The notes under the pieces are model-generated. The model made no database searches. It worked only from the letters and a program-made list of their open reading frames with translations, and was not told the DNA's origin. A stretch of 63,105 nt of DNA, filler included, from Hausera hauseri (taxonomy: Eukaryota), in NCBI GenBank assembly GCA_046269625.1. It is 10 parts of 10 records of this genome, joined end to end, with 100 filler letters (N's around TTAATTAATTAA, not from the genome) between each part and the next. Parts side by side here need not be neighbours in the genome. Positions count along the whole stretch, not along the records: positions 24,445 to 29,994 come from JBJURY010232517.1; positions 30,095 to 34,172 come from JBJURY010775758.1; positions 34,273 to 38,825 come from JBJURY010530676.1; 7 more parts are not named here. One strand, written 5' to 3'. This document shows positions 25,031 through 36,376 of the stretch, in pieces (position 1 is the first letter of the stretch; each line of letters opens with the position of its first letter). The position numbers were made by a program, and so were the translations under genes.

Positions 25031-25169
25031 GAGAGTTTTTTGTGACTTCTTCTTGAGCTGTAATAAATAATTTGTTCTAGTTGAAATAAATAATTTGGTC
25101 AGAATAAATAATTTGTTAGAATTTTTGAAACCTTTTTTCGAGCTTATATTTTATTTCTGATACAAGCAA

Positions 25170-26428
25170 ATGGAGGGTTTACTAGATTTTATTGACGTTT
25201 GTCCTCAGTGCGAATCATCAAATGAAACTAATAAGGAGTTGAAATTCTACGTTGGTACTTGCGGACATTCACTGTAACTTTTCAATAAATCCTGTATTCG
25301 TTGATCAGTTGAGTAGATGTGCCCGATGTTTGACAATGTTTGATAAAACAGAAATTACGTGCAATAAATGCCATCAAAAACTTAATCGAGAAAACTACAG
25401 AATTAGATTGTTTGAAAGTGATGCGGCAGAAGCGTACATATTTCAATATAGATATGTTAAGAAACAGTTAGTTTTTGATTTTAGGGTAATATTACGTTTT
25501 CATAATTTTGTCAAATTTCGACAAACGTTCTTGAAGTTGCAAATGTTGTGTAAAATTTTAAGAATTTGGAAAAACTAACAACGTTTTAATGAAATATTTA
25601 AAACAGAAATTTGTAATATTGTTTTGTATTGATCATATAGCATTTAATACTTCTAATAAAATTCAATTATCTTAATGCATGCGAATAATGTTAAATATCA
25701 CTAGCGTTATATATTCTACATATATTTGTAAAATCTTTATTTTCAGTTACCACCGTAATAGATACGATTTTCCAACTCTAGATCAGTACAATGACTATTT
25801 GGAGGAATTTAAGACATTAAGTAAGATGTTGTGTAGCCATAAAATAAATTGAAATCTGCCATACAGTACACGATCTTTTGGATCCTGCAAAGGCTGAATT
25901 GGCCAAGAAAAAGATAAACGATCTGCCTAAAGATAGCCATAAGCGCAAATTAAAAGTACGTCGTTTTGCATTAGCAGATTAATCTGAATGGTCTGTAATT
26001 AGGACGAAGAATTACTCGAGTATGAAGAAATTGAAAAATCGAATCAGGATAAGAGTCTGAGTGTTCTCGACGAAATGAAACTGGAAAAGCAAAATCGTGA
26101 ACAAAACAACAAGCTCCTTGGTCAGAAACTTCTTTTGTCGGATTTACCTCCAGAAGAAATCGTTCGTGAATATGCGGCAGAACTGAGAAGGAAAGAGGAG
26201 CCCAATGACGTTCCAGTTGTCCCAACTGTTATTGCTAACCAACCATATGTCTATAAAACACCCGATTACATGGTCGATAAGCCGTTTACGTACGACGCCG
26301 TGTCACCTTTCGATTTGCGTTGCGTGGCTTTGATGCGTACTCTCCGAACGTCATCCGATGAACTGAAGTTTGGTGGGGGATACACGATTCCGTTTTGGTT
26401 GCATCGGTTAACTCATTTTTGTCAATAA
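25170..26428 (+). CDS. MNAT1: CDK-activating kinase assembly factor MAT1. Exons 25170-25273, 25317-25466, 25747-25820, 25867-25955, 26003-26428
   Basis: Spliced frame gives a C3HC4 RING (CPQC..CGHSLCARC..CNKC), then YRIRLFE, DFPTLDQYNDYLEE, a coiled coil and C-terminal GGGYT; introns of 43, 280, 46 and 47 bp, all GT-AG. Confidence 0.88.
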
Positions 26429-26711
26429 AATTGTTGTTGTCGTTCTACTTTTGATTACGATATTGCTTTTTTACTATCCTGTTCAATAATTTGTGAACTT
26501 ACGCTAAATAAATGTTAAATTTCTATGCGTATGTTCATGCTAGAGGTACCAGTGACGTGCAGAAAGGGAGTGTTTGGCGGCTTAAATTTCCAATTAGAAT
26601 TTGATTTCAAGATCTTTTTGTAAAAATTATTGTCAATTTTATTTTTGGTGATGTTTGTACTTTTGTAAACAATTAAAGTTCAATGAATTTGAAATCAGCA
26701 ATCATTTTGTA

Positions 26712-28947
26712 CAGTGGAATCCCGGTTTAACGAAAAACCCGGTGATTGAGGAAATATTCGTTAAAGCAGGGTAACGGCCGATCCATCTGCATCTAAAGAA
26801 TAAAAATCCATATACTTTATTGAAAAACATTTCGTTAATTAAGACACAAAAAACCATCCAGTGTGGCTTGACGTCGTCGACTTAAGGCCGATTTCGCCAA
26901 AATGGCCTCTAAATCTACGACAGAAATGTTTTCGGATATTCCGTGTTCATTGCAATACTGACGGATCACAGAGACACCAGCAATTGCTTCAGATAGTGAC
27001 ACTGCTTGTGGTTGGAGAGACTCATTTGTTGCCTCTTCTCCTTCGTCATTCTCACTTCGAGCTTGTTGAAGAATCTCTTCATCAGTAAGAATTCCTTCCG
27101 TCGCAATGTCTTCATCGATGTTAACAAATTCTTCCATAGATGACGGTAGACTGAACGTGGAACCAAAATCTTGCCTTAGAACTTCCCAGATGAGCTGCAT
27201 TTCAACCAGATTTTCTTGTGGTTCAGTAAATTCTGCAGGAACAGTGATTATTTCTTGTTGAAATCCGGCCTTTCGAAAACAATTGGCGACAGTGACTGAA
27301 CTGACGCTCTCCCATGCTTTTGCTGCGAAATTAATAGCATCCAAAATACTGACGCGGAATTCTGCCAATGATTTCTTCAACTCAATATGAAGAAGAAGAC
27401 GCTTCACCAGGGCGCTTCTATAGTGCATCTTAAAAGCTGCGATAATTCCTTGATCGCAGGGCTGAATACGTGACGTAGTATTAGGTGGAAGGAAAACTAA
27501 TTCAATAGATGAAAGCGGCGGTGCACAATGGCTTGAGACATTGTCGACAATTAGTAAAATCTTGCGATTATTTCGTGTCATTTGCTGATCGAATTTAGTG
27601 AGCCACTCGTTCCAAAGAGAGCGATTCATCCAAGCTTTGTTACTACTGGCATATTGTACTGGAAGTCTCGCTGCATCGATTCCCTTAAAGCATCGTGGTT
27701 TGGCATAATTGCCAATAAAAAGAAGTTGTCTTTTGTCGCTGCCATCCATGTTAGCACAAAACAACAAAGTCACGCGAACTTTACTTTTCTTACCACCTTC
27801 ACACTTGTCTCCTTGGAAAGCCATTGTCTTGTGTGGCATGCATTCGTAAAAAAGGGCCGATTCGTCAGCATTGTACACATCTGCAGCAGAATAGCGTTGA
27901 AGTAAAGAAGGAAGAATAATTGTTTTCCATCGATAAACCGCATCTTCATCGGCGGCGCCTGCTTCTCCTTGTACAGTTTTAAAAACTATGCAATGTCTCT
28001 TCTTAAAACGGTCGATGAAACCGTTACTGGCTTTAAAGCCTTCCATGCCAAGTTCCAGTGCAATTTGCCGTGCCTTCTCTGCCAATAAAGGTCCACTAAT
28101 TGGCACATTCAAGGTGCGCTGTTAAGTAAACCACATTGAGAGGGCTTTATCCAGAGATCCCATCGATGTTAGATGTTTTCTTGTTGAACCTGCTGCAGTG
28201 GCGTGCCAATCTTCTTTAATTTTATCTTTCATTTTCAAGATGGTAGCTACAGTGCTCGTGGAAAGACCATACTTCATAGCCAATTGACCGTTGCGCAAGT
28301 GATTATTTTCCGCATCATTAATCAAATCAATCTTCTTGTTAATGGAAACAGTAGAACGCTTTGATGACATTCTTGGAGCTTGCTAATAATGATGTCTTCT
28401 GTATTTATACTCACAATAATTATTCTATAATATTATTTTCAAAATAAATAAGCTCTTAAAAATAAATTACCTCGTCTAGGGTCCAGCCAGATAGATATAT
28501 AATAGATATAAATTTATGAGTCATTAAATAACTTTTAGAAGCTCAATGGATAGAATGTATTGATCTTATAAGAGTTTAAATTAAATAAAGGATGAATGAA
28601 GCACGTGTACAAAAATCAATGAGAACTGTTTTTATTCAAAGCAAATTATATTAATAAATAATAATAGAATGACTCTGCATGGAAGAATATCGAAGGCATT
28701 TTATTAATTTGCGTATAAAATAAAAAGAGAATGGGCGTATCATAGGTGAGTTTTCGTTAAGGCGGGGTTTTAATTTTGTAAAATGTGAAGGTAACGTTCG
28801 TTAAATCGAGGTTTTCGTTAAAATGGGGTTCGTTAAAGCGGGGGCTTATATACATATAATGTACGGGGTTTCGGCAGGGACTTCACTATTCTTTCGTTAA
28901 ATCAGGGTTTTCGTTAATACGGGGTTCGTTAAATCGGGGGTTGACTG
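26712..28947 (-). mobile_element. Tigger/pogo DNA transposon, full length
   Basis: Imperfect TIRs CAGTGGAATCCCGGTTTAACGAA and (reverse complement) CAGTCAACCCCCGATTTAACGAA; TA on the left flank; repeated TTCGTTAA....GGG subterminal motifs. Confidence 0.9.
26835..28370 (-). pseudogene. Tigger/pogo (CENP-B-like) transposase, 511 codons with one in-frame TAA at 28122-28124
   Basis: HTH regions, FKASNGFIDRFKKRH, and catalytic Asp motifs YNADES, IVDNVSSH and IQPCDQG; ORFs 28122-28370 and 26835-28112 are in the same frame. Confidence 0.92.
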
Positions 28948-28949
28948 CA

Positions 28950-29994
28950 GTACGGAAAAACCAAGAAGTCTTCATAGCTGACAAGTGGGATATAGGCTGT
29001 ACAACATTGATCAAGCATATAATAGACATAAAAGGCGCACCAATTAACATCAAACCGCATAGAAAACCGGTGAATCTAGAAATCAAAATAAATGAGACCA
29101 TTTAAAACCTATGGAAAAACAATATAATAAAGAAATGTAATTTACCTTGGAAAACTCTGATGATCTGCGTCTGGAAGAAAGAGAAAAACGATGTCAGAAT
29201 TTGTCTAGATTTTAGGCAGTTGAATCTCGTCACAGAAAGGCAAGCATACCCATGCCGAATGTGATGGAAATGATGGATAAACTATATGGAGCTGGATATT
29301 TCACGTAAATCGATATAGAAAACGCATACTACCAGGTCGAACTAGAGGAAGAATCCAAGTTGAAAACAGATTTTTCGACCAAACGCGGACAATTTTGTTT
29401 CAACAGAATGCCTTTTAGTATTACAGCAGCGCCGGGTACATTTCAATAACTGATGACCAAAGTACTGGGAGATATTGAACAAACTATAATATACCTGGAT
29501 GATAAATTGATCTTTTCGAAGTCATTAAAAAACATTACGTAATACTAGAGAAAGTACTAGGTCAAATCAAAAAGGCGGGACTAAGAATAAACCCAGAAAA
29601 ATGCCACATCTTAAAAAACAAGGTAAAATTCTTGGGACACATTGTGAATAACAAAAGCATACAAACGGATCCATCGAAGCTGGACGCCAACAAATTGTTC
29701 GAGAAACCAAAATGTGTAAAACATATGAGAAGCTTTTTAGAGATTTGCAATTTCATAGGAGATTTATTTAAGGGTATGCCACAAAAGCTAAGACATTAGA
29801 ACAGATGTCGGACTGAAAAACAAAAAACTGGTATGGACCGAGTTTTGCAACGAAGCATTTGAAGCAATAAAAATGGCTTTGGCGTCCCCATCAATGCGAG
29901 GGTTCTCAGACTTAAACAATGAATTTATTCTGGATACTGATGCTAGCTTCGATACGATTGGACTAGTATTATCACAGAAAGACAGCACCGGACA
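28950..29994 (+). pseudogene. pol: Ty3/gypsy RT and start of RNase H, degenerate
   Basis: CLDFRQLN, AYYQVEL, FNRMPF, IYLDD, VKFLGHIV and FILDTDAS, with stops and frameshifts. Confidence 0.9.
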
Positions 29995-30189
29995 NNNNNN
30001 NNNNNNNNNNNNNNNNNNNNNNNNNNNNNNNNNNNNNNTTAATTAATTAANNNNNNNNNNNNNNNNNNNNNNNNNNNNNNNNNNNNNNNNNNNNGTGGGG
30101 TTTCCAGTCGACGTGCCGTTGGTCGTCTGGGCCCATTTAGTTTTTTGACGGCTTGTGAAATTTGCAGCCGGATCGACAGATTTTTGCAT

Positions 30190-30517
30190 CTTTAATGTTA
30201 ATTAATGTCTTCGTTGGTTTTCGCAGCTTCTTTATTAGTCTTTTGAGTAATTGACTATTTCCGATTTTTGTAGTTGTAGATCCCGTGTCTATCAACGCAG
30301 TTAATGGATATCCATTTACTTCAATATCTATTTCTGGTCTCATAACAAATTGGGGCCCATTCTTATCACTCGTTTTACATGTAGGTTCTCGGTTATATGG
30401 TGTAGAGTTTTCTTCATAGAATTGTTTTATTCGCAACACTTGGTATGTGGAGTACATTCCCCAATGCTTCACATACTGAGGGGCTGATGGATTTATTAAC
30501 GCTGGTTCATTATACAT
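30190..30517 (-). pseudogene. Retropepsin-like aspartic protease, N-terminal half
   Basis: RPEIDIEVNGYPLTALIDTGSTTT. Confidence 0.85.
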
Positions 30518-32486
30518 TTAACCATGGTATTCATCTGTAGGGTCCAATTGTGGTAAATCTGTCACTAGCTTTCGTTTATACTTTTGTCTGCGAGATTTTA
30601 ATGCAAATCGTTTAAGCTTTGTTATATATCTACCACTTTTAGACATAACATCGGGATCATCTTCATAATTATCATTTTTACCGTTCAAAGTACTGTACGA
30701 TGAATTCTTCTCAACGTCGTTGTTCTTTTCTTTAAGTATTTTTCTCTTCCATTTTGCATTGTGATTTGTTAGGAAACAACTAGCTACTGCCGGTATTACT
30801 GCTATGATAATTTGCCATGAACATTTGACTGCTGCATGAATTCCATAAACCTTACCCAAGGCCGTAAATATTGTGCGTAAGACACTGATAATAAAACATC
30901 GCTAGAAATCCTGATGCTGCTTGGCCAAAATAGAGGAATTTTCCTTACATCTTTTCCATAACACTTCTTGTCACTTTCTTTAAATAATTTCGTCCCATCA
31001 AATTTTCCCATTGTGGTGTCCCTTTTCCGTCCCACATTACTCTTCTCGTTAATTCTGTTATTACTCGTTGCCTCTGTTGAGGGAATAACAGCATTCGCCG
31101 ATAATCTTCTAAATTTTTTTGCGTATAAATCCCTCCTTGAGATATTCCCATAAGTGGTTCGAATCTCTGACTTCTTTGTAAATTTAGCAAACTTAACATT
31201 TCTGGTTTCGGTACTGTTTTTCTTTTTGGCATCCTGATCCACGTCTTATCGTCTAGTTTAAACATAGGTGACATGTTAAAGGTACAATTATCCAGTCGAA
31301 TTGGTTTTATTTTGACGTCGAGTAATATCCTAGTTACGGGCATAACATATCTGGGTTCTGTGTGATAAATCACGGGTAACTCCGAGGTACATTCATCCGT
31401 TGGTCTTATTCTAACTTCCACCTTTTTACATTCAACATTTATAAGTACTTCACCCATCACTCTTCTGATTACTCCATCGCCAAATGGCATTACTGGTGCT
31501 ACCATATCGGGGTTTGTTATTACTAAAGCCATTTTGTTCCGTATGATTTCATAATTTAATTTACATTCGTTCGTTATTATTTCTCTATAAACTTCTAATC
31601 TCTTTTCTAATATAATTGATTAAAAAATCAATCTTATTATCAAAATACTGCGTTAGCTTTATATCTTTTTTGTTTACCTTTGTCTTTGCTTGGGCTATCT
31701 CCTTAGATGAAAGGTAAATACATTTATAGTTAGTTTTGGATATTTCTTCATCGCATTTATTTATTGTTCCAGTAATTTTAAATCGCATCATCTCTTCGGA
31801 ATTTTTTGAGTATACTACCGTTGCGACTTCCTTCATTTTTACTTCTTTGATCCCTTCCTTATATGTTATTGTTTCCTTTTCGGCTGTTTTTCCGACTGTT
31901 TTATTAAATTTTCCTTCTTTTAGCAGTATCAAATGACATCTATTTGAAGTTACTTCCCAAGTCATTTTGGATTCGACCGTATCGCATTCGCCGCTTTCAT
32001 ATTCGCACTAGCTCATTGTCGTCATGAGTTTAGTTTGTGAGTCGAATAATCCTTCGTATTCCTTCAATTGAACTTGATAATCTACCCCTTTACAGGTGCC
32101 TTCTACCGTTTTATCTATTCTTCCAGCTCTAAAGATTCGAGTGTATTTTATCTTATTTCGTACTGCTGGTATCTGTGCATTTTGTATCGTTATCACTCCA
32201 ATTTTAAAGGCATCTTGACATTCGGCTCGCGATATTATTATTGGTTCGAAGGGTGTTGTTGGTTCAATTATTGCGAAATTCCCAGAATAGTACGCGCAGT
32301 TAAACAAGAAAAAAATATTTCTTTACATAACATTCCTTGATCTTGACTTTCATGAATTCAGATTCCTGGTAAATCCAATATGTGACCGTTAGTTGTCGTT
32401 AATTGTTTTGGGTTGGCTTCAGGACATTTTTCTAAATCAATTTAGGAGTACTTCTGTCCTTCCTTAGGTTTTGAACAATCGTACGC
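30518..32486 (-). pseudogene. env: Chuvirus-G/herpes gB-like (class III type) envelope glycoprotein, frameshifted
   Basis: AYDC start, CEYESGEC....TWE....C, NKIDF, GEVLINVECKKVEV....ECTSELPV......YVMPVTRIL, GIYT...L...R...LFP, and a C-terminal hydrophobic VYGIHAAV..SWQIIIAVIP; these match motifs of chuvirus-like glycoproteins captured by retroelements. Confidence 0.8.
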
Positions 32487-32544
32487 TACGGTTGATGTTT
32501 CTGTTGGTCCTCCATATCCCTCGGGTCTTCTTATGTTAGTCATT

Positions 32545-32925
32545 AAACTTGTTAACCATCCGCCTCTACATTGGACCCAATTTTCTAGTGTGTCCTTTAA
32601 AACCTTAACCACTACTTTAATGTTTCGCTCAATTTCTTCTAGGTTTTGGGTCTGGTAATTGATTACAATCACTTTATATAGTAGGTAGGCTATAGCTGTT
32701 TGTACTTTTTGCCGTGTAATTCCTGTCGCGAACATCTTTCCCAATATGTCTTGCTCATGTAATTCATTGATTCGTTCTTCGTTGATATTTTCGTAAAATT
32801 GCCTACTAATACTTAACATGTTGTTTTGTAAGGTTTGAAACAGTTCCTCAGGAATCGTAACCTGCATACCAAAGGATGCGATTGATGTGTGTAATTTTGC
32901 CAACAACGTTCTTAATAATGGATCT
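32545..32925 (-). pseudogene. Bcl-2-family-like domain within ORF 32442-33224
   Basis: BH2-like LKDTLENWVQCRGGW; BH1-like ILGKMFATGITRQKVQTAIAY; BH3-like LFQTLQNNMLSISRQF; spacing is compatible with the Bcl-2 helical bundle. Confidence 0.7.
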
Positions 32926-33651
32926 ATATCCACAGATTCCGGTGATGGGTCTGTTCCTGCCAGTAACAATCGCCGTACTATTTCTTCATTTCTATCACGT
33001 TTATTCAGAATGTCACTTATCTTTAATCCTTTGGGTCTGCCTTTTCTTCTAGCTTCCGTCTGTACTGTGACATCCTGAGTATCACCTATAGGATGCTCTT
33101 CTATTTCTTGGAGTTCCATATCCCTTCTTATATTTTCTATTGTTTCTTCAGCTCTTGCATCCGCATGTATTTCCTTTATCGTAATTGGGTTATACTTTTC
33201 ACTCCTACATCCTACTCTCAACAAATTGTCATAACTATATAGTGTTCTGCCGTAGAAACTTAATCCGTATGTTTTTCTTTATAGAAGGGCTCTAGCTTTC
33301 CTATCTTTTCTCGTAATGCTAATATATCATTTATTTCGTTCATTCTGATGACTCTCATATCTTGATTTCCTTCCATCAACGTTATCCTTACTGCCATATT
33401 TCTCTCTTTTTCATCTTCGACTGCTTTGGCTAGCACTGTGCATGCTATTTCTCTTACCGGACTCGTATCATGGGCAAGTAGTAACAGTAAAAACAAAATC
33501 TCATCTATTTTCTGTGTTGATATTTTGTTGTCAGTTAGCCTAAGTTTCGTAGTAGTTGTTCTGTCTACGTCAACTATGTTTTCAGGATCACTTATCATTA
33601 CTAACTGAATAATGTCGTCCTCCTCATCCAGATCTACATCCGAGCCTCGTA

Positions 33652-34170
33652 TCACTTGTTCAAAAATTGCTTCGTCAAATACCTTCGCAGGTTGGTTTCC
33701 TCTTTCTCTGGTGTGGGTGTACTAGAGCTACTCTTGGGTGTGCTGAGGTTACTTTTCTTTCGTCCTTTTTTCTTTCCTAGGTCACTACTTTCTACGGAGG
33801 TTTCTCTTGATCCGATATCATTAATTATTTTTTTCATTACTTTTCTTTCCTCCTTTTTGGGGTTTCTGCTTTTTGTTTTTTCTTCCGCTACGTAAATACT
33901 ATTTTCTTTTAATCTCTTCTGCTGGGTTTTATAATCTTTTAGCTTTATGTCTAGCTGAGTTCTCATACGTTGAGATAGTATATCATTAATATAATTTACA
34001 CTTTCCTTCTTGTTTTTCTTTTCATGTTCACTATTACTTTCTTCCGTTTCATACTGTTTATCGGATGACTCGTCCGACGTGGCTGAAGTATAGTCCTTTT
34101 TCTTTTGCTTATTATTATTATAAGGCTTTGAGGATTCTCTTTTACGAGATCCGCATGCTTTTGCTATATG
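33652..34170 (-). pseudogene. gag: Gag C-terminus: end of a CCHC zinc knuckle plus K/S/E-rich linker
   Basis: The frame is open from the contig edge: (G)HIAKACGSRKRESSKPY...ESVNYINDILSQRMRTQ. Confidence 0.65.
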
Positions 34171-35439
34171 ACNNNNNNNNNNNNNNNNNNNNNNNNNNNN
34201 NNNNNNNNNNNNNNNNTTAATTAATTAANNNNNNNNNNNNNNNNNNNNNNNNNNNNNNNNNNNNNNNNNNNNTTTGACAAGTGTATTGTCAACAAACTTC
34301 GTGTCCATTTTGTATAATATATTTCAAAAGCATGTTTTAAAAGAAACATTTGTGTTCACCTATTGACAGTGCAGAAAATTGTGGGATTCACGGCCGCGCT
34401 GTACGCAGTAGGCGACAATAAAGACAAGCAAATGATTGAAAGTCATGATTGACACTCAAACAAAAGAAAACAGTTTTATATTCCGCTATTAAAACCCGCC
34501 TACATAATAGCAAATATATGGAACGTTCATTTATATCAACAAAGAAAGCCATTGATTGTTTGAATGTTTAATTAAGTTATTAATTTTGTATTCAAGTTAG
34601 GAATTTATATTTCATTACATTCACAGACTGCTAACTATTGTTTACTGTAATTGAATAGGCACTCCCTCAAACCTCGCGCCGTCTGGGCTGGGGGAGGCAG
34701 TCAACACTAGGTGCGGTCTATAATTCCTGGTATGTTATTAAGTTTTCACTGCCTAATCGTGCTAAGGAGTTCATGCCCGATGATCAATATTTTTTTCACA
34801 ATCAATTAAATAATTATAGAAAAAGGCTCACACAAAAGTTGAAAAAAAAATATTTTTTTGTCTCTGTCTCTGTCGCTCTCTCTTTCGGTACTTTCAGTGC
34901 AAATGATATTTGGAGGCTGCTATTGATAAGAGACTGCCACAAATGTTGATCCTTTGCTTTTCTTCCAGCTGTGCCCCAAGCCAGACCCCTAGCTGACAGC
35001 ATTTTGACCTGTGCTCCTTAATGTCTCTTTATGTCGTCCTTGATCTCTTTTACTCTGTGGGGTCCATTGTAGTGCTATCGTTTATTGCTAGTCGTGTGTC
35101 TATTTCATTTCAAATCCCGTGTATGTATGCACTATCGTTTCATTAATTAACCGTGACAGAGGAAAGCAGATGACCTTGGAGGGAGCACGTGATAACGAAG
35201 CCACATAATTCGTTGCCATAAACAGAATTACAATGGACCTCTACAGGAAATGTTGCAACAAAAATGCCGTCGGCTGGATGCTTAACTGGGGACGGAGGTA
35301 CTGTATGGGCGGCGACCCATAGCTGAACCTGATACATAGTGCCAGGGCTGACGATTCAGTCAGCCAGAATTCTCTGCCCAGGTCTTACCCTTGTCGTCCC
35401 CAGGTCACGGTAGGGAAAGGTACCTTCCTCCATGGTCGT

Positions 35440-36072
35440 TCTTAGGGCCTCAAGGAGTACGGGGGTTCAAATCCTGGCGAAAGCGCTTGCGATTTTTTTT
35501 CTCCTGGATCTTCTAGTAATAAATTCCCCTGATCTCTGGGTAGTGAGATCGGATGTCCGTGTACATTGTCGTGCACGTTAAAAATCCCTTGGCAGTTGGG
35601 GGAGTAAAATCAGACAGAGCTAGGTACGTTAGTCAAGGCAACTCTACCTTCACGGCGCTCCCCGTTTAAATAGTCAGGTCTCTGCCGCCTCTTTCTTTTT
35701 ATTTTAGTAGTTCTTCCTACGTGGGGAGGTGTCCGTGGCCGCTCCTACTGTTTGCCCCTATCTTATGGTGGTGATTCAATTAAAAAGCCAAGGGACCTTA
35801 AGCACTAAGTGCAAAGCAGAAAATGTGGAGCCCCAGCTGAAGGGTGCACTGAAATCGGCTTTGGAACGCATGGGATCGGACAAAACGAGGATAAGCCTCG
35901 TGACTTGCCTTGTACCCGTCTGCTCTCCGGAAAGGAAACGCAACTTGCGAGGTTGGCCTGTCCAAATGCCAAACAAACAAACATTGGCAGTTGGAATTCG
36001 AAAAAGAGTAGGCCTAACGGCTGCTGTCCGGAAAAAATTCTGGTTAAATAAAGATCTTATCTTATCTTATCT
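35440..36072 (+). mobile_element. SINE-like repeat (MetaSINE-like core) with tandem-repeat tail
   Basis: B-box-like GGTTCAAATCC at ~35464, core GTGCACGTTAAAAATCCC at ~35571, tail AATAAAGATCTTATCTTATCTTATC; 5' boundary uncertain. Confidence 0.45.
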
Positions 36073-36154
36073 AGATAATGCTTTCCTTAATTATGGATAA
36101 ACAGTAGTGAGTAGTGACATTGGACAAATAATGTGCTAACACTTTGAAAAATTT

Positions 36155-36376
36155 CACTCTCCGCCACTGTTCTACAGACAACAGCAAAATACAGACCAAA
36201 ATGAGACAGCGAAGCATCACCTGCTGTCTTGCCCCACCCTCCAGGAGCTAAGACGGACTCTACTACCTGACAACTCTAACATAGACAGTGTCCTATATGG
36301 CAGCCCACAGCAGCTTATTAAAACTGCACAGTATCATATATTGGCATCAAAGTCAACAAGAGCTGACGCTCGATAA
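36155..36376 (+). pseudogene. 3' fragment of a non-LTR retrotransposon ORF2 (I/R1-like C-terminal knuckle)
   Basis: ETAKHHLLSCPTLQELRRTLLP....IDSVLYGSPQQL.KTA followed by a stop. Confidence 0.6.

Larger units (their letters stand above)
30190..34172 (-). mobile_element. Decayed env-bearing retroelement polyprotein: Gag knuckle, linker, Bcl-2-like domain, Env, protease
   Basis: Consecutive minus-strand ORFs joined by single frameshifts or stops, with uniform A-rich coding composition. Confidence 0.8.
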
